A stretch of 64,000 nt of DNA from Octopus vulgaris (lineage: Eukaryota), in assembly GCA_951406725.2 (NCBI GenBank), contig OX597827.1, positions 20,708,001 to 20,772,000 on the forward strand, in the 5' to 3' direction. The notes under the pieces were generated by a model, which ran no database searches, was not told the DNA's origin, and worked only from the letters and a program-made list of their open reading frames with translations. Position numbers and translations under genes: made by a program. Shown here in pieces: positions 1-12,988 of the stretch. Every line of letters starts with the position of its first letter. Position 1 is the stretch's first letter.

Positions 1-208
1 TGAGTTTTCTGAGCTGGCATATCTTCATAATCACTATTAGACTCATCCAACTCTTTCTGAATCCTCTCTGCTGTCCTCAGATTGAAATGTTCATACTGGA
101 GCTTCAGCGTTCAAGTTTCTGACAGAGTGAATTGAGTAATGGTGCTATTCTTCTCACAGATGGTGCCCAACTGACCCTACTATACTGTTACTCATCGCAC
201 CCTGTGTA
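1..208 (-). mobile_element. Tc1/mariner-like DNA transposon 5' remnant running off the window edge
   Basis: Minus strand starts TACACAGGGTGCGATGAG (TA + CAGGGTG-type terminus). It encodes NLRTAERIQKELDESNSDYED, resembling a transposase N-terminal HTH region. Confidence 0.45.
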
Positions 209-231
209 TATGTATTATATATATATATATA

Positions 232-286
<55 letters not shown>

Positions 287-315
287 AGAAAAAGAGATGA
301 TGTAAGAAAAATAAT

Positions 316-420
316 GATTATGTTATGGTCTTCATTAGCTTACAGCTGTTTCTGCAACAAAATGCAGTGGGCTCATTGAGTGCCTGAACAACAGCTAATG
401 AAGTTCATAACATAACCATC
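316..420. repeat. Short foldback enclosing a degenerate hammerhead-like motif (possible Penelope-like terminus)
   Basis: Arms TATGTTATGGTCTTCATTAGCT and AGCTAATGAAGTTCATAACATA. Minus strand has GAAACAGCTGTA but no clear CTGANGA. Adjacent to a long (TA)n. Confidence 0.4.
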
Positions 421-721
421 GTTTTTCCTGTGTGATCTCCTTTTCTTTTTACCACTCTGCACTCATCTAACACTTTTTTCTGAAATATATGTCTATGGAG
501 CTTTACACCCGGTTATCAGCCTAGCAATGTCTAAGCAAAATATATATATATGCACACATGCACAAACACATACAGCTTGTGAAAAGGGTGTAAACAACTA
601 ACGTTACCCCAGAAGATCACTCTCAAGTCATCTCTTTACGATCTTATTGCTCATCTCTCAAACACTCTCTCCTCCTCCTCCTCCTCTTCTCTCAATCTGA
701 CAAAGTTTCATAAGAGTTTGA

Positions 722-1000
722 TTCATCATCCTTTAACATCCGTTTTCCAAGCAGGCATAGGTTGGACAGTTTGACCAGAGCTGGCAAGGCTGGAGAGCTG
801 CACCAGGTTCCAGTCTGATTTTTGCTTGGTTTCTATGGCCAGATGCCCTTCTTAACACCAACCACTTTACTGAGTGTGCTGGGTGCTTTTTATGTGGACT
901 GGCATGGAAGGGTGCTGTTTACATGAGCTGGCACAGATGCTTTTTATGTGGACTGGCACAAGGGCACTTGTAAGGCAAAAACCCCTTCAGCTGGGGGTGG
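722..1000 (-). mobile_element. RTE LINE 3' UTR fragment
   Basis: Diverged reverse complement of the 9840-10030 tail: CATCATC, CCGTTTTCCA, GGTTGGACAG, GATGCCCTT. Confidence 0.8.
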
Positions 1001-2457
1001 GGGTATTAACAATTCTGCTGTGGTAGTCGGGTTTTTGGGGGTACATCGAAACACCAGTTAAAATTCTTTGAATCAGAAATCTTATCTTTAAATTAAATCT
1101 TTTTCTTATAATTTATTTTCTCCCCTTAAAAGTTCTAAAATACATTAAGATATTGGCTACAAAGTGTTAAATTATAACGATTTCCTTAAAATAACTATTT
1201 AACCATTAAACTTAGATAACGAAGCTCATTTGAATAATTAATGATGCTGATTCCATTATAAGCTGAATAAAACTTCACAAAATCTATTATTTTTTTCTCT
1301 CATTATTAAATAGAAAATCGTATTTAACCCTGTAATTATAGACGATGCTTAATTTCCAGTCGTGAGCTTATTTGAAATACTGGTTACATGTATGAAGAAA
1401 TTCAACATCAGAAGGTATTAAACCTAAATTGCATCAGTCTAAAAAGATGTTGTGATGTTAATGCTGAAACATGAAGGATGCAACTAAAATTAAGTCATCA
1501 GGAGATTCTCAATCAGTCAGTTTTCTTTTGGTTACAAAAATTTTAATAGAATATAAACTAACACCATGACTATTGTAATCAAACTTATTACATCAAATTT
1601 AGATAACAACTATTTAAATGTTAATCTGCATTAATTAGTTTACCTAATTAAATATTTTCACAATCCCCTGTAAGCTTGCATATTTGATTTGGTCAATTTG
1701 AATGTTCTTTCTATAGTTTTAGAAATATATATTTTATTTGATCTATCTTTGAAAATTTTCTAACATACTACAAAAATAGCAGGGTAATTTAATTAATGCG
1801 CTTTTTAATTAATACTGGCACCTACATGGAAATATTTAAAGCTTCAAGAAATATTCTTTCCCTCTTTCTTTTCTCTGTCTGAAATAAATTCAAATTACAT
1901 TCCATATATGGAAATATGGTGTGATAATAGTTTTTGGTGGCTACAATGATAATTTTCTATTTTCTATCTTCTTTGGGCTCTTATGAAACTGCAGCCTCAT
2001 TATGCTAGAATTTAGCTCAGTTTCATAGCTCATAGTTTGTAAGCAATTAAGAGTACAATACATCCTTCTAAACAGGACACCGGTTTGTTCAGGACTACCC
2101 CACTATCCTACTGCTGTTGAGATAATAGATCTCTTTAACCTGAGACACTAGTCCATCCAGTGTTAACTCCCACTTGTTGTTGTTGTTGGTGTGTGTGTGT
2201 TTATATATCTGTATATACATATGTACATTTCCTGTATTTGTGTTTTCTCAATCTCAATTACTCTCATCTGTATGTTTTCCCTGTTTTTGTAACATGTCTC
2301 TTTCTGTTGCAGAATGACCATATACAATGGCTACTGATGCCCCTTAGGCCTGCAAGTCTGTCTGGGGTGCTGAAACTGCTATAATCCTTTCTAAGGAAAC
2401 TAATGAGGGTTTAACCCAATTTTCTTCGTAGTGTTTGCACTAATTACTTATCTAAAT

Positions 2458-2850
2458 TATCACCATCATTTAATGTCCACTTTCCATGCTTGCAAGGGTC
2501 AAGCAGAATTTGTTGAGGCAAATTTTCTATAGCTGGATGCCCTTCCTGCCACCAACCCTCAACTGTTTCCAAACAAGATAGATACTTCCCTGTGACCACT
2601 TGTATGATGATGATGATGCTTATTTACAACCAACATGTAATGTCTAGACTAGCATACACACACACATGCACACGCACACGCATGTGCGATGGGTTTCTTT
2701 CAGTTTCCGTCTACACAATCCATTCACAAGGCTTTGGCCAGCCTGAGGCTATAGTAGAAGACACTTGCCTAAGGTGCCATGTAGTAAGACTGAACCTGCA
2801 ACCTTGTGGTTGGGAAGCAAGCTTCTTAAGAACACAGTCTTACCTGTACA
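2458..2850 (-). mobile_element. SINE type E (type A head + RTE-like tail), decayed
   Basis: Head with GGCACCTTAGGCAAGTGTCTTCTACTATAGCC at 2690-2850. RTE-type tail GCATGGAAAGTGGACATTAAATGATG at about 2460-2490. Confidence 0.6.
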
Positions 2851-2924
2851 CACACATGCACACACATATCTATATATCTGTATCTAGCTATCTATTTATC
2901 TATATCTATATATATATGTATGTA

Positions 2925-2986
<62 letters not shown>

Positions 2987-3057
2987 AATGTGTATATGTA
3001 TGTATGTGTGTATGTATATATATAAATATATGTATATATATGTGTATATATATATCT

Positions 3058-3275
3058 TCTTTTATTCTTCTTTTACACGTTTCAGTCATTTAAGTGTGGC
3101 CATGCTGGAGTAGCACCTTTAGTTAAACAAATCAACCCCAGGACTTATTCTTTGTAAGCCTAGTACTTATTCTATCAGTCTCTTTTGCCAAACTGCTAAG
3201 TTTCAGGGACATAAACACACCACCATCAATTGTCAAGCGATGGTGGGGGTACAAAGAGACACAAAAACACTCATA
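3058..3275 (-). mobile_element. SINE type A 3' half
   Basis: Matches the tail of the full copies at 19775 and 22912 (TTTCAGTCAT, GGCCATGCTGGAG, GTAAGCCTAGTACTTATTCTATC). Confidence 0.8.
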
Positions 3276-3276
3276 C

Positions 3277-3311
<35 letters not shown>

Positions 3312-3467
3312 CAAAATAAGCAACAATATAATCACCCCATTTTGAATTATATGGATAATGCAATACTAAATTCTGGTGCCTTAACTTAAGTACCATATTC
3401 ATCTGTCTTTGGGAAATGTATTTAACCCATGGATGGGCACTACTGTTCTGGGTCAGAACTGATCCTG

Positions 3468-3780
3468 TTGTTGTTGTTGTTTGTTCCTTCTCGTGCCATA
3501 CCTGGCTCATAAGGGCCAGTTTCCTGGTTTCCTTAGCATATAGGTTCCCCACCTGGACGGGACACTGGTCCATCACAGGTGAACTGCAAGATGCAGGAAG
3601 AAAGACTGAGAGAAAGTTGTGGCGAAAGAGTCAGCAGAAGTCTCACCATTACCTTCTGCCGGAGCCGCGTGGGGCTTAGGTGTTTCGCTCATAAACACAC
3701 ACATCGTCCGGTCTGAGATTCGAACCCACGATCCCTCGATCACGAGTCCGCTGCTCTAACCACTAGGCCATGTGCCTCCA
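3468..3780 (-). mobile_element. tRNA-derived SINE type B with (AAC)n tail and 14-bp TSD
   Basis: A box TGGCCTAGTGG and B box GGTTCGAATCT on the minus strand. Direct repeat CAGAACTGATCCTG at 3454-3467 and 3781-3794. Confidence 0.9.
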
Positions 3781-4273
3781 CAGAACTGATCCTGGGAGTA
3801 ATGGTAGTTAAAGAAAGGGTCACTCCATACTCCTGACAACTCCAGAATACACACACACACACATGCATACACACACATGCATACACCCACACACACGCAT
3901 ATCTCTTTTACAAAGCGAAGCAACAACATGATCACATTTGTCCGTTTTTGCTTTTGTCAGAGAGACATTACTACAGTGGTGCCTTTGAAGACATAAAACT
4001 GGTTAGAGACACAGTTGAGAGCAGGTGACATAATTCAATCACTCCTTGTTTACTCAGGCCTTTGTGTATATAAATCACACATTATACATACACAGAACAG
4101 TGTCTATTAAATTCATCAGGGCAATTACGATGCTGTAATTACATTGCAAGTCAATATACTGTCGATGAAGTCATAATCAGGCTTTTTTTTATCCACACAG
4201 TAAAAGCACAAAACGTTATTTACAATTTTTATTTGATGTGTGTACGTCTATGTTTGTGTATATGTGTGTGTAT

Positions 4274-4354
<81 letters not shown>

Positions 4355-5814
4355 TTAGTATCTTTTGGAAACATTGGCGACACAAGCTTTTGAGTTTTTC
4401 TAGAAAATAATTTGACTTGCTGGAAAATTTTTCAAAATTAAATGGTAGAGATAATGATAAATTTTGATTATTTTGTATATATACAAAACATGTGTGTGTA
4501 TGTGTGCGTTATTTGATGGGTAAAATACACAACAGCAGTTATGTACATTTAGAGAACGACTGAAAATTCAATTTACCAGAAGCTAAAATGATCATCTTTG
4601 TAATGTGAATATTTCCTATACAATATATTCAACAAATATAAAAACATAACCAAATAGACTTATTGAAATGGAATGGTTCAGATACCGATAACAACCCAAG
4701 TAGTTTTTAACATCTACAAAAATTTTCTCTATGAAGATTCAATAAGTATTTCTCTGGGGGACACACACACACACAGACACACACACACTTTATATCTGCC
4801 ACGTAAAGACATTGTGATCTTGATAAATTCTGTTTACCAAACAATATAGAACCTTTCCATCCATGTCTCACTTTCCCTCCCATCTTTCTTCTTTCTTCTG
4901 TTTTCACACTCACTTCTATTCACCTTGTTGGACATGTTAATCTTCATACATTATCATCATAGTAACCCCCTATTTTTGCACCTCTCTGCCCATCCATCCG
5001 TGTAAAATGCCGAATCAGCATGAATCTCCACCACAATAAACTCCTCCCTGTTTCCCACCTCCATCATACTTTAACCTCTCAATGCCTCGCATAAATCAGC
5101 CACCCTCTCTCGCCTATTCTCCCTCATATTTGAAGGGACTCTTTAATCTTGCAAGTCAGAAAGTATGCTCAGTAAAATGGATGGTCTTTAGGAATGGCAT
5201 CTGGCCATGGAATCAATGCCAAACACTCAAGCAAGGCATTATTCTCACATCTGTTGAATCTTGTCAAAGTAAACAACCCATGTCAGCATGGATGGTGGAT
5301 CCCAAATGATGAAGATGATATCTATCTATACACACACACACACACACATATATGTATGTATACATGATGGCTGTCTACTCACTGGATGAGCAAAATGTCC
5401 ATTGCTGCCAGACAAGTGTCAGCCATGCCTAAACAAGGATTAGAAGTTGATTGTGGCTTGCACAATACTGTAATGACTCTTACGAGCAAAGCCAAGGAAC
5501 CTAGAGACAAGCAAAGCTTTGCACATGAGCAGCCTTCTCTTAGAGGGATGCCTTAACAAAGGCCAGGGGTCCCTCATCCCCAGTGGGCTTACTGGGCCCT
5601 CAGACATCAATCTGAGTATATCTATATTCCAGTGCTCATATGCTAGTTAACCTATGGCTGGAACCCTCACAGGTGCTACAACTCCAGGTCAGAGTTGATT
5701 GGGGAACAATAGTAGCTAAGACGGGTTTCCAAACTCCATAAAAGTTCAGAATGCCTGAACCACGGCTCTGCACCTAATGGATGCAGTTTAAAGTCACACC
5801 CAGAACCATATATG

Positions 5815-6575
5815 TCATCAGCGTTTAATTTCAGTTTTCCGTGCTGGTATGGGTTGGACAGTTTGACCAGAGCTGACAAGCTGGAGAGCTGCACCAGGCT
5901 CCGGTCTGATATGGCTTGGTTTCTACAGCTGGATGCCCTTCCTAATGCCAGCCATTTTACAGAATGTGTTGGGTTCTTTTAACATGGAACCTGGACAGGA
6001 CTCTTCCAGACCAATCCTTTCCACGAAGTGGAGTGGCCTTAACACTTCTGCTGTGAAATACGGGTCCTCTTGAGTACAGCAAGACACCAGGTACTTCAGT
6101 CCGTTGTCATCTCATCTGAAAAGTTCAGCGTATTGAGGTTGTGCTTCAGCACTTCATCCCATGTCTTCCCAAGTCTCCCTCTACCATAAGTTCCATCCAC
6201 TTTGAGTGATTGGGACTTCTTTACAAAGCTGCTGTCATCCACCTGCATCATGCGACCCAACCATCTTGGTCTTCTCTCTCGCTCACTGTATCTAATTCCT
6301 CTCCAATACATCAACACTGTTGCAACACTTACATCACGCATGCCCCGGTGGGGCATACTAGCCTCATTCCTGCCTAACCTTTGCATGTTGCCTACATTCA
6401 GGGCCTACATTTCACTACCATGTAGAATTGCTGTTTGTATGCATGCATCTTACAATCTTCCTCCCAGTCGGAGAGAGAAACTTCTGGTTGCCAACAGAGG
6501 TAAAACCTCTCCAAATTTTTTCCATCCTATTTTTACTCCAGCTATTACACTTTCTGTACATCCTCCCCGACAACA
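5815..6575 (-). mobile_element. Decayed RTE LINE 3' fragment
   Basis: Minus-strand peptides [20 protein letters not shown] and GRGRLGKTWDEVLKHNL match the 8880-9400 region, followed by the RTE tail. Confidence 0.85.
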
Positions 6576-6590
6576 TTCACACACATATAC

Positions 6591-6653
<63 letters not shown>

Positions 6654-6840
6654 CCCACGTGCACATATATATGTACATAAACATATATATGAGTGTATAC
6701 ATATGCACATAAAAACAACATAAATATACACCTATATATACACGTTTGTATACACAAACGTTTGTATGTACATTATGATTTCTAACCTAGACAGAGAATT
6801 TGAACAGCCAGCCTCAAAATGTGTGCATGACAAGTCTTAT

Positions 6841-6872
<32 letters not shown>

Positions 6873-6985
6873 ATGTATGTATACACCATCTGCATAATAG
6901 TAATGTGTGATAATGAGGAAAATAGGAAGTGCCTAATTAAAGAAACAATACCTGCCTCCACAAACACTACAACAGCTACCAACCT

Positions 6986-7024
<39 letters not shown>

Positions 7025-7665
7025 CACAACCCACTCACCACCTCCAGCGCCACCATTAACAGATGACAATGGAGAGACACTATCTATAAAAATACATTTT
7101 GTGTCAGGCAAACATGGCAGGAGGGGTTGGTGTTTGCTCTAGGGAAGGGCAAAGGGACTTCAACTGTTGTTGTTTATGGTGTTATTATCATCATCGATGC
7201 TGTTGTCTTCATACTTATCATCATCATCATCATTGTTTAGTAGCATCATGATTCTTATTATCAACATCATTAGCATTATATTAATTATGGAAATCATCAT
7301 CATCAACGTCACCCACTTCATCATTTGATGATCTTCATGAGCAATCCTCATCACTAACAATACCTTCTCCTCCCCTCCGAGTCAGCCCCCCACCCCCACT
7401 CCAATCGTTATCACTATCGATATTGCTGTCCTGTTAAAGATTATCAAATGACAAAAACAACAAAAATTCTGGACAAAACCACTTCTCATGTCTGCCTGTT
7501 GTTCCACAATTTCATGCTGAAAAGGTGACACTGAATGTCGTTCCTGAGGAGAGGAGGAAGATGGCAGCAGAAAGGCTTGTCATACACTGCAGTCAATACA
7601 GTACATCAATCCTGACAATTGTAACCAATATGAGAAACCATCACCATTATTATTATTATTATTAT

Positions 7666-10031
7666 AGGTTTGGAGATGCCACTATGAAAGGTTGCTGAAT
7701 GAAGAAAATGAATGGGATAAAGAGAGTCTGCCGAATGTTGACCCAACAGAGGGACCAGCTATCCGAGTTGATAGTTCTGTGGTAGCTAAGGCAATTAGAA
7801 GCATGAAGACAGGGAAAGCCCCAGGCCCATCAGGAATCACTGCAGAGATGCTCAAAATGTCTGGTAGTGTCGGCTATAGCCTAGTCACCCATATAGTTAA
7901 TCAGGTGATACACAAAGGGGTCATACCCAATGACTGGTGTAGCAGTATAATAGTCAACTGCTACAAAGGTAAAGGTGATGCCCTAGATACAAACAACTAC
8001 AGAGGTATCAAGCTGTTGGACCAGGTGATGAAGGTTACGGAGAGGGTCATAGCCCAACTAATTAGAGAGAGAGTTAGTTTAGATGAGATGCAGTTTGGGT
8101 TTGTGCCAGGGAAAAGTACTACTGATGCTATATTCCTGGTAAGGCAGCTGCAGGAGAAATACCTAGCCAAAGATAAGCCCCTGTACCTGGCTTTTGTTGA
8201 CATGGAGAAAGCCTTCGACAGGGTCCCCCGATCCCTTATCTGGTGGGCAATGAGAAAACTAGGGATAGATGAATGGTTAGTGAGAGCTGTGCGGGCCATG
8301 TATAGGGACGCCGCTAGTAGGGTGAGGGTTGGAAATGAGTACAGTGAAGAATTCCGGGTAGAGGTAGGGGTCCACCAAGGCTCAGTAATCAGCCCCCTCC
8401 TATTTATCATAGTCCTCCAGGCAATAACGGAGGAATTCAAGACAGGATGCCCTTGGGAGCTCCTCTATGCTGATGACCTTGCTCTAATTGCTGAGTCGCT
8501 ATCAGAACTGGAGGAGAAGTTTCAGGTGTGGAAACAAGGATTAGAATCGAAGGGCCTCAGAGTCAATCTAGCTAAAACCAAAGTCGTAATCAGTAGGAAG
8601 GTAGACAAATCACAAACACCTTCAGGTAGATGGCCCTGCTCGATCTGTAGAAAAGGTGTAGGTAGAAACTCTATAAGATGCACCAAGTGTAAGCTATGGA
8701 CACATAAGAGATGCAGCAATGTCAAAGGAAGGCTAACTAGGAAGATGGTTTTTGTATGTGGCAGATGCTCAGGAACAATAAACACTGAAAATGCTCTGAG
8801 ACCAACTTCTGTCACTTTCCAGGGAGAAAACTAGAAATAGTTGATAGTTTCCGTTACCTAGGTGACCAAGTCAGCAGCGGGGGCGGGTGTGCTGAAAGTG
8901 TAACTGCTAGAGTAAGAATAGCTTGGGCAAAGTTCAGAGAGCTCTTACCTCTGCTGGTGACAAAAGGCCTCTCGCACAGAGTGAAAGGCAGACTGTATGA
9001 TGCGTGTGTACGAACAGCCATGCTACATGGCAGTGAAACATGGGCCGTGACTGCTGAGGATATGCGTAAGCTCGCTAGAAATGAAGCCAGTATGCTCCGA
9101 TGGATGTGTAATGCCAGTACTCACACTCGGCAGAGTGTAAGTACCTTGAGAGAAAAGCTGGACCTAAGAAGCATCAGTTGTGGTGTGCAAGAGAGACGTT
9201 TGCGCTGGTATGGTCATGTGGCGAGAATGGATGAAGATAGTTGTGTGAAAAAGTGCCACACCCTAGCGGTTGAGGGAACCTGTGGAAGAGGCAGACCCAG
9301 GAAAACCTGGGACGAGGTGGTGAAGCACGACCTTCGAACTTTAGGTCTCACCGAGGAAATGACTAGAGACCGAGACCTCTGGAAGTGTGCTGTGCGCGAG
9401 AAGACCCGGCAGGACAAGTGAGTCCACAACCCGTGGCCTTCTACATGGGATGGAGCCAGCCTACGTATGCATACCTTCCCTTCTTGGGACACAAAACTCT
9501 ACTTGTGAAGACGTGTTGAGGCAAGTGAGGATCAGAATCGAAATCGATCAATGGAAATTGCGGATGTGCTACCAGTGCCGGTGGCATGTCGAAACTCTGC
9601 TTGTGAAGACCCATTGAGGCAAGTGAGGATCAGAATCGAAATCGATCAATGGAAATCGATCAATGGAAATTGCAGATGTGTTACCAGTGCCGGTGGCATG
9701 TAAGAGAACCTTCCGTTTCGCGACCGTTGCCAGCACCGCCCCGTTTCGTGTTCGTTGCCAGCCTCGCCTGGCCCTCGTGCCGGTGGCACATAAAAAACAC
9801 TATCCGTTCGTGGCCGTTTGCCAGCTCTGGCTGGCACCAGTGCGGGTGGCACGTAAAAAGCACCCACTACACTCACGGAGTGGTTGGCGTTAGGAAGGGC
9901 ATCCAGCCGTAGAAACACTGCCAGATTTGACTGGGCCTGATGAAGCCTTCTGGCTTCACAGACCCCAGCAGAACCGTCCAACCCATGCTAGCATGGAAAA
10001 CGGACGCTAAATGATGATGATGATGATGATG

Positions 10032-10067
<36 letters not shown>
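7666..10067 (+). mobile_element. RTE-clade non-LTR retrotransposon, 5'-truncated, young, inserted in (ATT)n
   Basis: RT coding region, a ~600-bp repetitive 3' UTR and a (GAT)n tail. (ATT)n lies on both sides. No APE endonuclease region remains. Confidence 0.95.
7668..9421 (+). pseudogene. RTE ORF: reverse transcriptase + PHD finger + C-terminal domain, one frameshift
   Basis: Motifs GKAPGPSG, NYRGIKLL, QFGF, FVDMEKAFD, GVHQGSVISP, LYADD (8466), FRYLG, YGHVARM, GRPRKTW. A single missing A in the run at 8827-8830 splits ORFs 7692-8834 and 8957-9421. Confidence 0.95.
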
Positions 10068-10068
<1 letters not shown>

Positions 10069-11154
10069 GCATAAGTATCAGGAAATATTTTGTTAACTAT
10101 TTTCAACATCATTAAGAATATAATGATGACGAACATAATAATCATAGTTACAAGTAATTAGTGCTCATTGTTAGACCAAACCTTAGACAATTGTGAAGTA
10201 CTTTCTTATACATGTGTGTGTGTGTGTGTGTATGTACATATCCATACATGTGCGTGTGTATGTGTGTAAATGTGCATGTCTATACAACCTACACATGCAT
10301 GAAGATACTTACAAGCCACATAAATATTAGACAAATGTATTATTGGAAAATAGATGTAATAAAAGCAAATAACATTATCACTAATCCTGTTAGAACAGAA
10401 AACTTAAAATAACCTGGTTTAAGCATCCTTTTACCTAACATGTAATGATGCACTTGGGTAAAATATTTTTCACATTACTAAAAAAGAAGTTCTCACCTGG
10501 TCACAGATATTATATAATATCACAGAATATTATGTATTTAATTTCATATTTCACGACACCCAGTGAAGAACAATGGCCTTAGAATGAAAATAGCAACAGC
10601 AACAATACATTAGATTTTGTCATTGCAGTCATCCTGATAAAAGTCCTTTTGAAATGTATTGGTGAAACTAAGAAGATAGATATCAAACTATAGGTAATAT
10701 AAATCTATACATGCACACACGCACACACACACACAAATCGATTTACAGATATATAAATATATATATAAATGAATAACAAAAGAACAGGGTTTATATAATT
10801 ACTTTCATTGGCTTACAACTGTTTCTGCTATGTGGAGCATTGCACTCAGAGGCGAGTGCTCATGTGACATCTTTGAAGTATATATTGTTTGCAGAAAGCA
10901 TTTAAATTCATAGATGTGTGTGTGTGTGCTACTATATATTAGATGCAATATTAATTTACACTGTAGATAACAATGTACTGTGAGACTCTGCATGCTCATT
11001 CAGCCTACTAGAAATAGCAGTAAAATCTCATTCCAAATCACACCCAACTCTCTTCTAAGATGAAAATGCATATTGTTTAAGGAATCCCAATATATATTAT
11101 GGTTGAATAATAGGGATGGTCACAGCTGGAGCAACTTTGATCAAAAGCTTACTT

Positions 11155-11428
11155 AACGTAGTTCTTGGGGAGATTCACCGTGACACAGAGTGTGACAAGG
11201 CTGGCCTTTTGAAATACAGGTACAACACAAACAGGAAGAAAGAATGAGAGAAAGTTGTGATGAAAGAGTACAGCAAGGTTCACCACCACCCCCTGCCAGA
11301 GCCTCATGGAGCTTTAGGTGTTTTCACTTTATAAACACTCACAATGCCCGGCCTGGGAATCGAAACTGCAACCCTACAACCTTGTGTCCGCTTCTGCTGC
11401 CCTAACCACTGGGCCATTGCGTCTCCAC
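11155..11428 (-). mobile_element. SINE type B, second tail variant
   Basis: Head GGAGACGCAATGGCCCAGTGGTTAGGG...GTTTCGATTCC and body shared with 3468 and 13533. The 3' ~70 bp differ. Confidence 0.8.
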
Positions 11429-11479
<51 letters not shown>

Positions 11480-11482
<3 letters not shown>

Positions 11483-11706
11483 CTTTACTACCCACAAGGG
11501 GCTAAACATAGAGGAGACAAACAAGGATAGACAAAGGGATTAAGTCGATTACATCGACCCAGTGTGTAACTGGTACTTAATTTATCGACCCCGAAAGGAT
11601 GAAAGGCAAAGTCAACCTCGGCGGAATTTGAACTCAGAACGTAACGGCAGACGAAATACGGCTACGCATGTCGGCCAGAGTGCTAACGGTTCTGCCAGCT
11701 CGCCGC

Positions 11707-11709
<3 letters not shown>
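11480..11709 (-). mobile_element. SINE type C
   Basis: Head GGCGGCGAGCTGGCAGAA, B box GAGTTCAAATTCC, central GCCTTTCATCCTTTCGGGGTCGATAAATTAAGTACCAG. Near-identical copy at 23914. Flanked by (TA)n. Confidence 0.85.
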
Positions 11710-11782
<73 letters not shown>

Positions 11783-12428
11783 CACACACTCACACGTATA
11801 CACACACACACATATAAATAAATACATGTGTATGTGTGTATGCGCATGTGTATTTATTGCAAAATGAATCCCTGACCTCATGACTGGTTGTCTGATTCAC
11901 AATTGATTTATCTGAGATCTTATACACCCCCCCACCACCACCAACAACAACAAGCATACAGATGCATCTACAGATATATACATACATATTTGTTGATATC
12001 TGAAAAAACATAATATATACACATATGTACACATACATATCATCATCAACATTACCATCATCATCATCAGCATCTCTGTGTTGGGAATTTGATATATATA
12101 TATATATATGCACACATGCATATCTATGGGCACATATGCATACAAATGCACACACATCTACACACTAACATGAATGTATGTGTGCAATTACACATACATA
12201 TAAATAAATTTATATATATATATATACATGTATATATGAATTTATATATGTATGTGTGTGTGCGTATGTAAACATATACATATATACACATATGTACACA
12301 TATGATTGGAACAAAAACAATCTCATAAGCCTGTTTCAATCCAGAGAGTGAAAGAGAGAGATGGAAAGATAGAGATAAAAGAGGAAAGAAGGAGAGAGAA
12401 GGTGGGGCATTAGAGGTGTTGTTGTTGT

Positions 12429-12469
<41 letters not shown>

Positions 12470-12957
12470 TTGGATGGATTAAAATATTTAGAATTCAGAA
12501 ATTCATGGAGTCCAAATAATTAAACAACAACAACCAAGTTAAGATTAATCAAATTTAAAAATTTATATCAAGAATAGATTTTTATGTAAAAGTGGGAATG
12601 GAAAGCGGGTGATTCAGGAAAAGATTTTTTTTGGGAAAAAAACATCATTTTAAATATATTTTTGCTTTTAGTTGTGTACTCCCCCCCCCCCATTCTAAAA
12701 TTGGTTTCTTGTTTATAATTGTTTCATTAAAGCGAAATCTAAAAGTAACCAAATCTCTCTGGTTCATGTGAGCATGAGAGGTGGGTGTGTGTGTGTGTGT
12801 GTGTGTGTATGGGGGAGAGATAGAGTGTGTGTGAATGTATAGTGAAAGGCAGAACGGGTATAAGAAGTGGGGGGGGGATGAAAACGAGAAAGTGTATGAC
12901 ATGGGTATCAATGCGGTGGGAGAAAAAGAGAGCAAGGTAGAGAGGGTGAATATGTGA

Positions 12958-12988
<31 letters not shown>

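Noticed and set aside
7997-8815. Minus-strand ORFs of 147 and 97 aa
   Set aside because: Antisense shadows of the RTE reverse transcriptase.
9570-9865. Repeat-spacer-like pattern resembling a CRISPR array
   Set aside because: Degenerate, irregularly spaced units inside a eukaryotic LINE 3' UTR; no cas genes.
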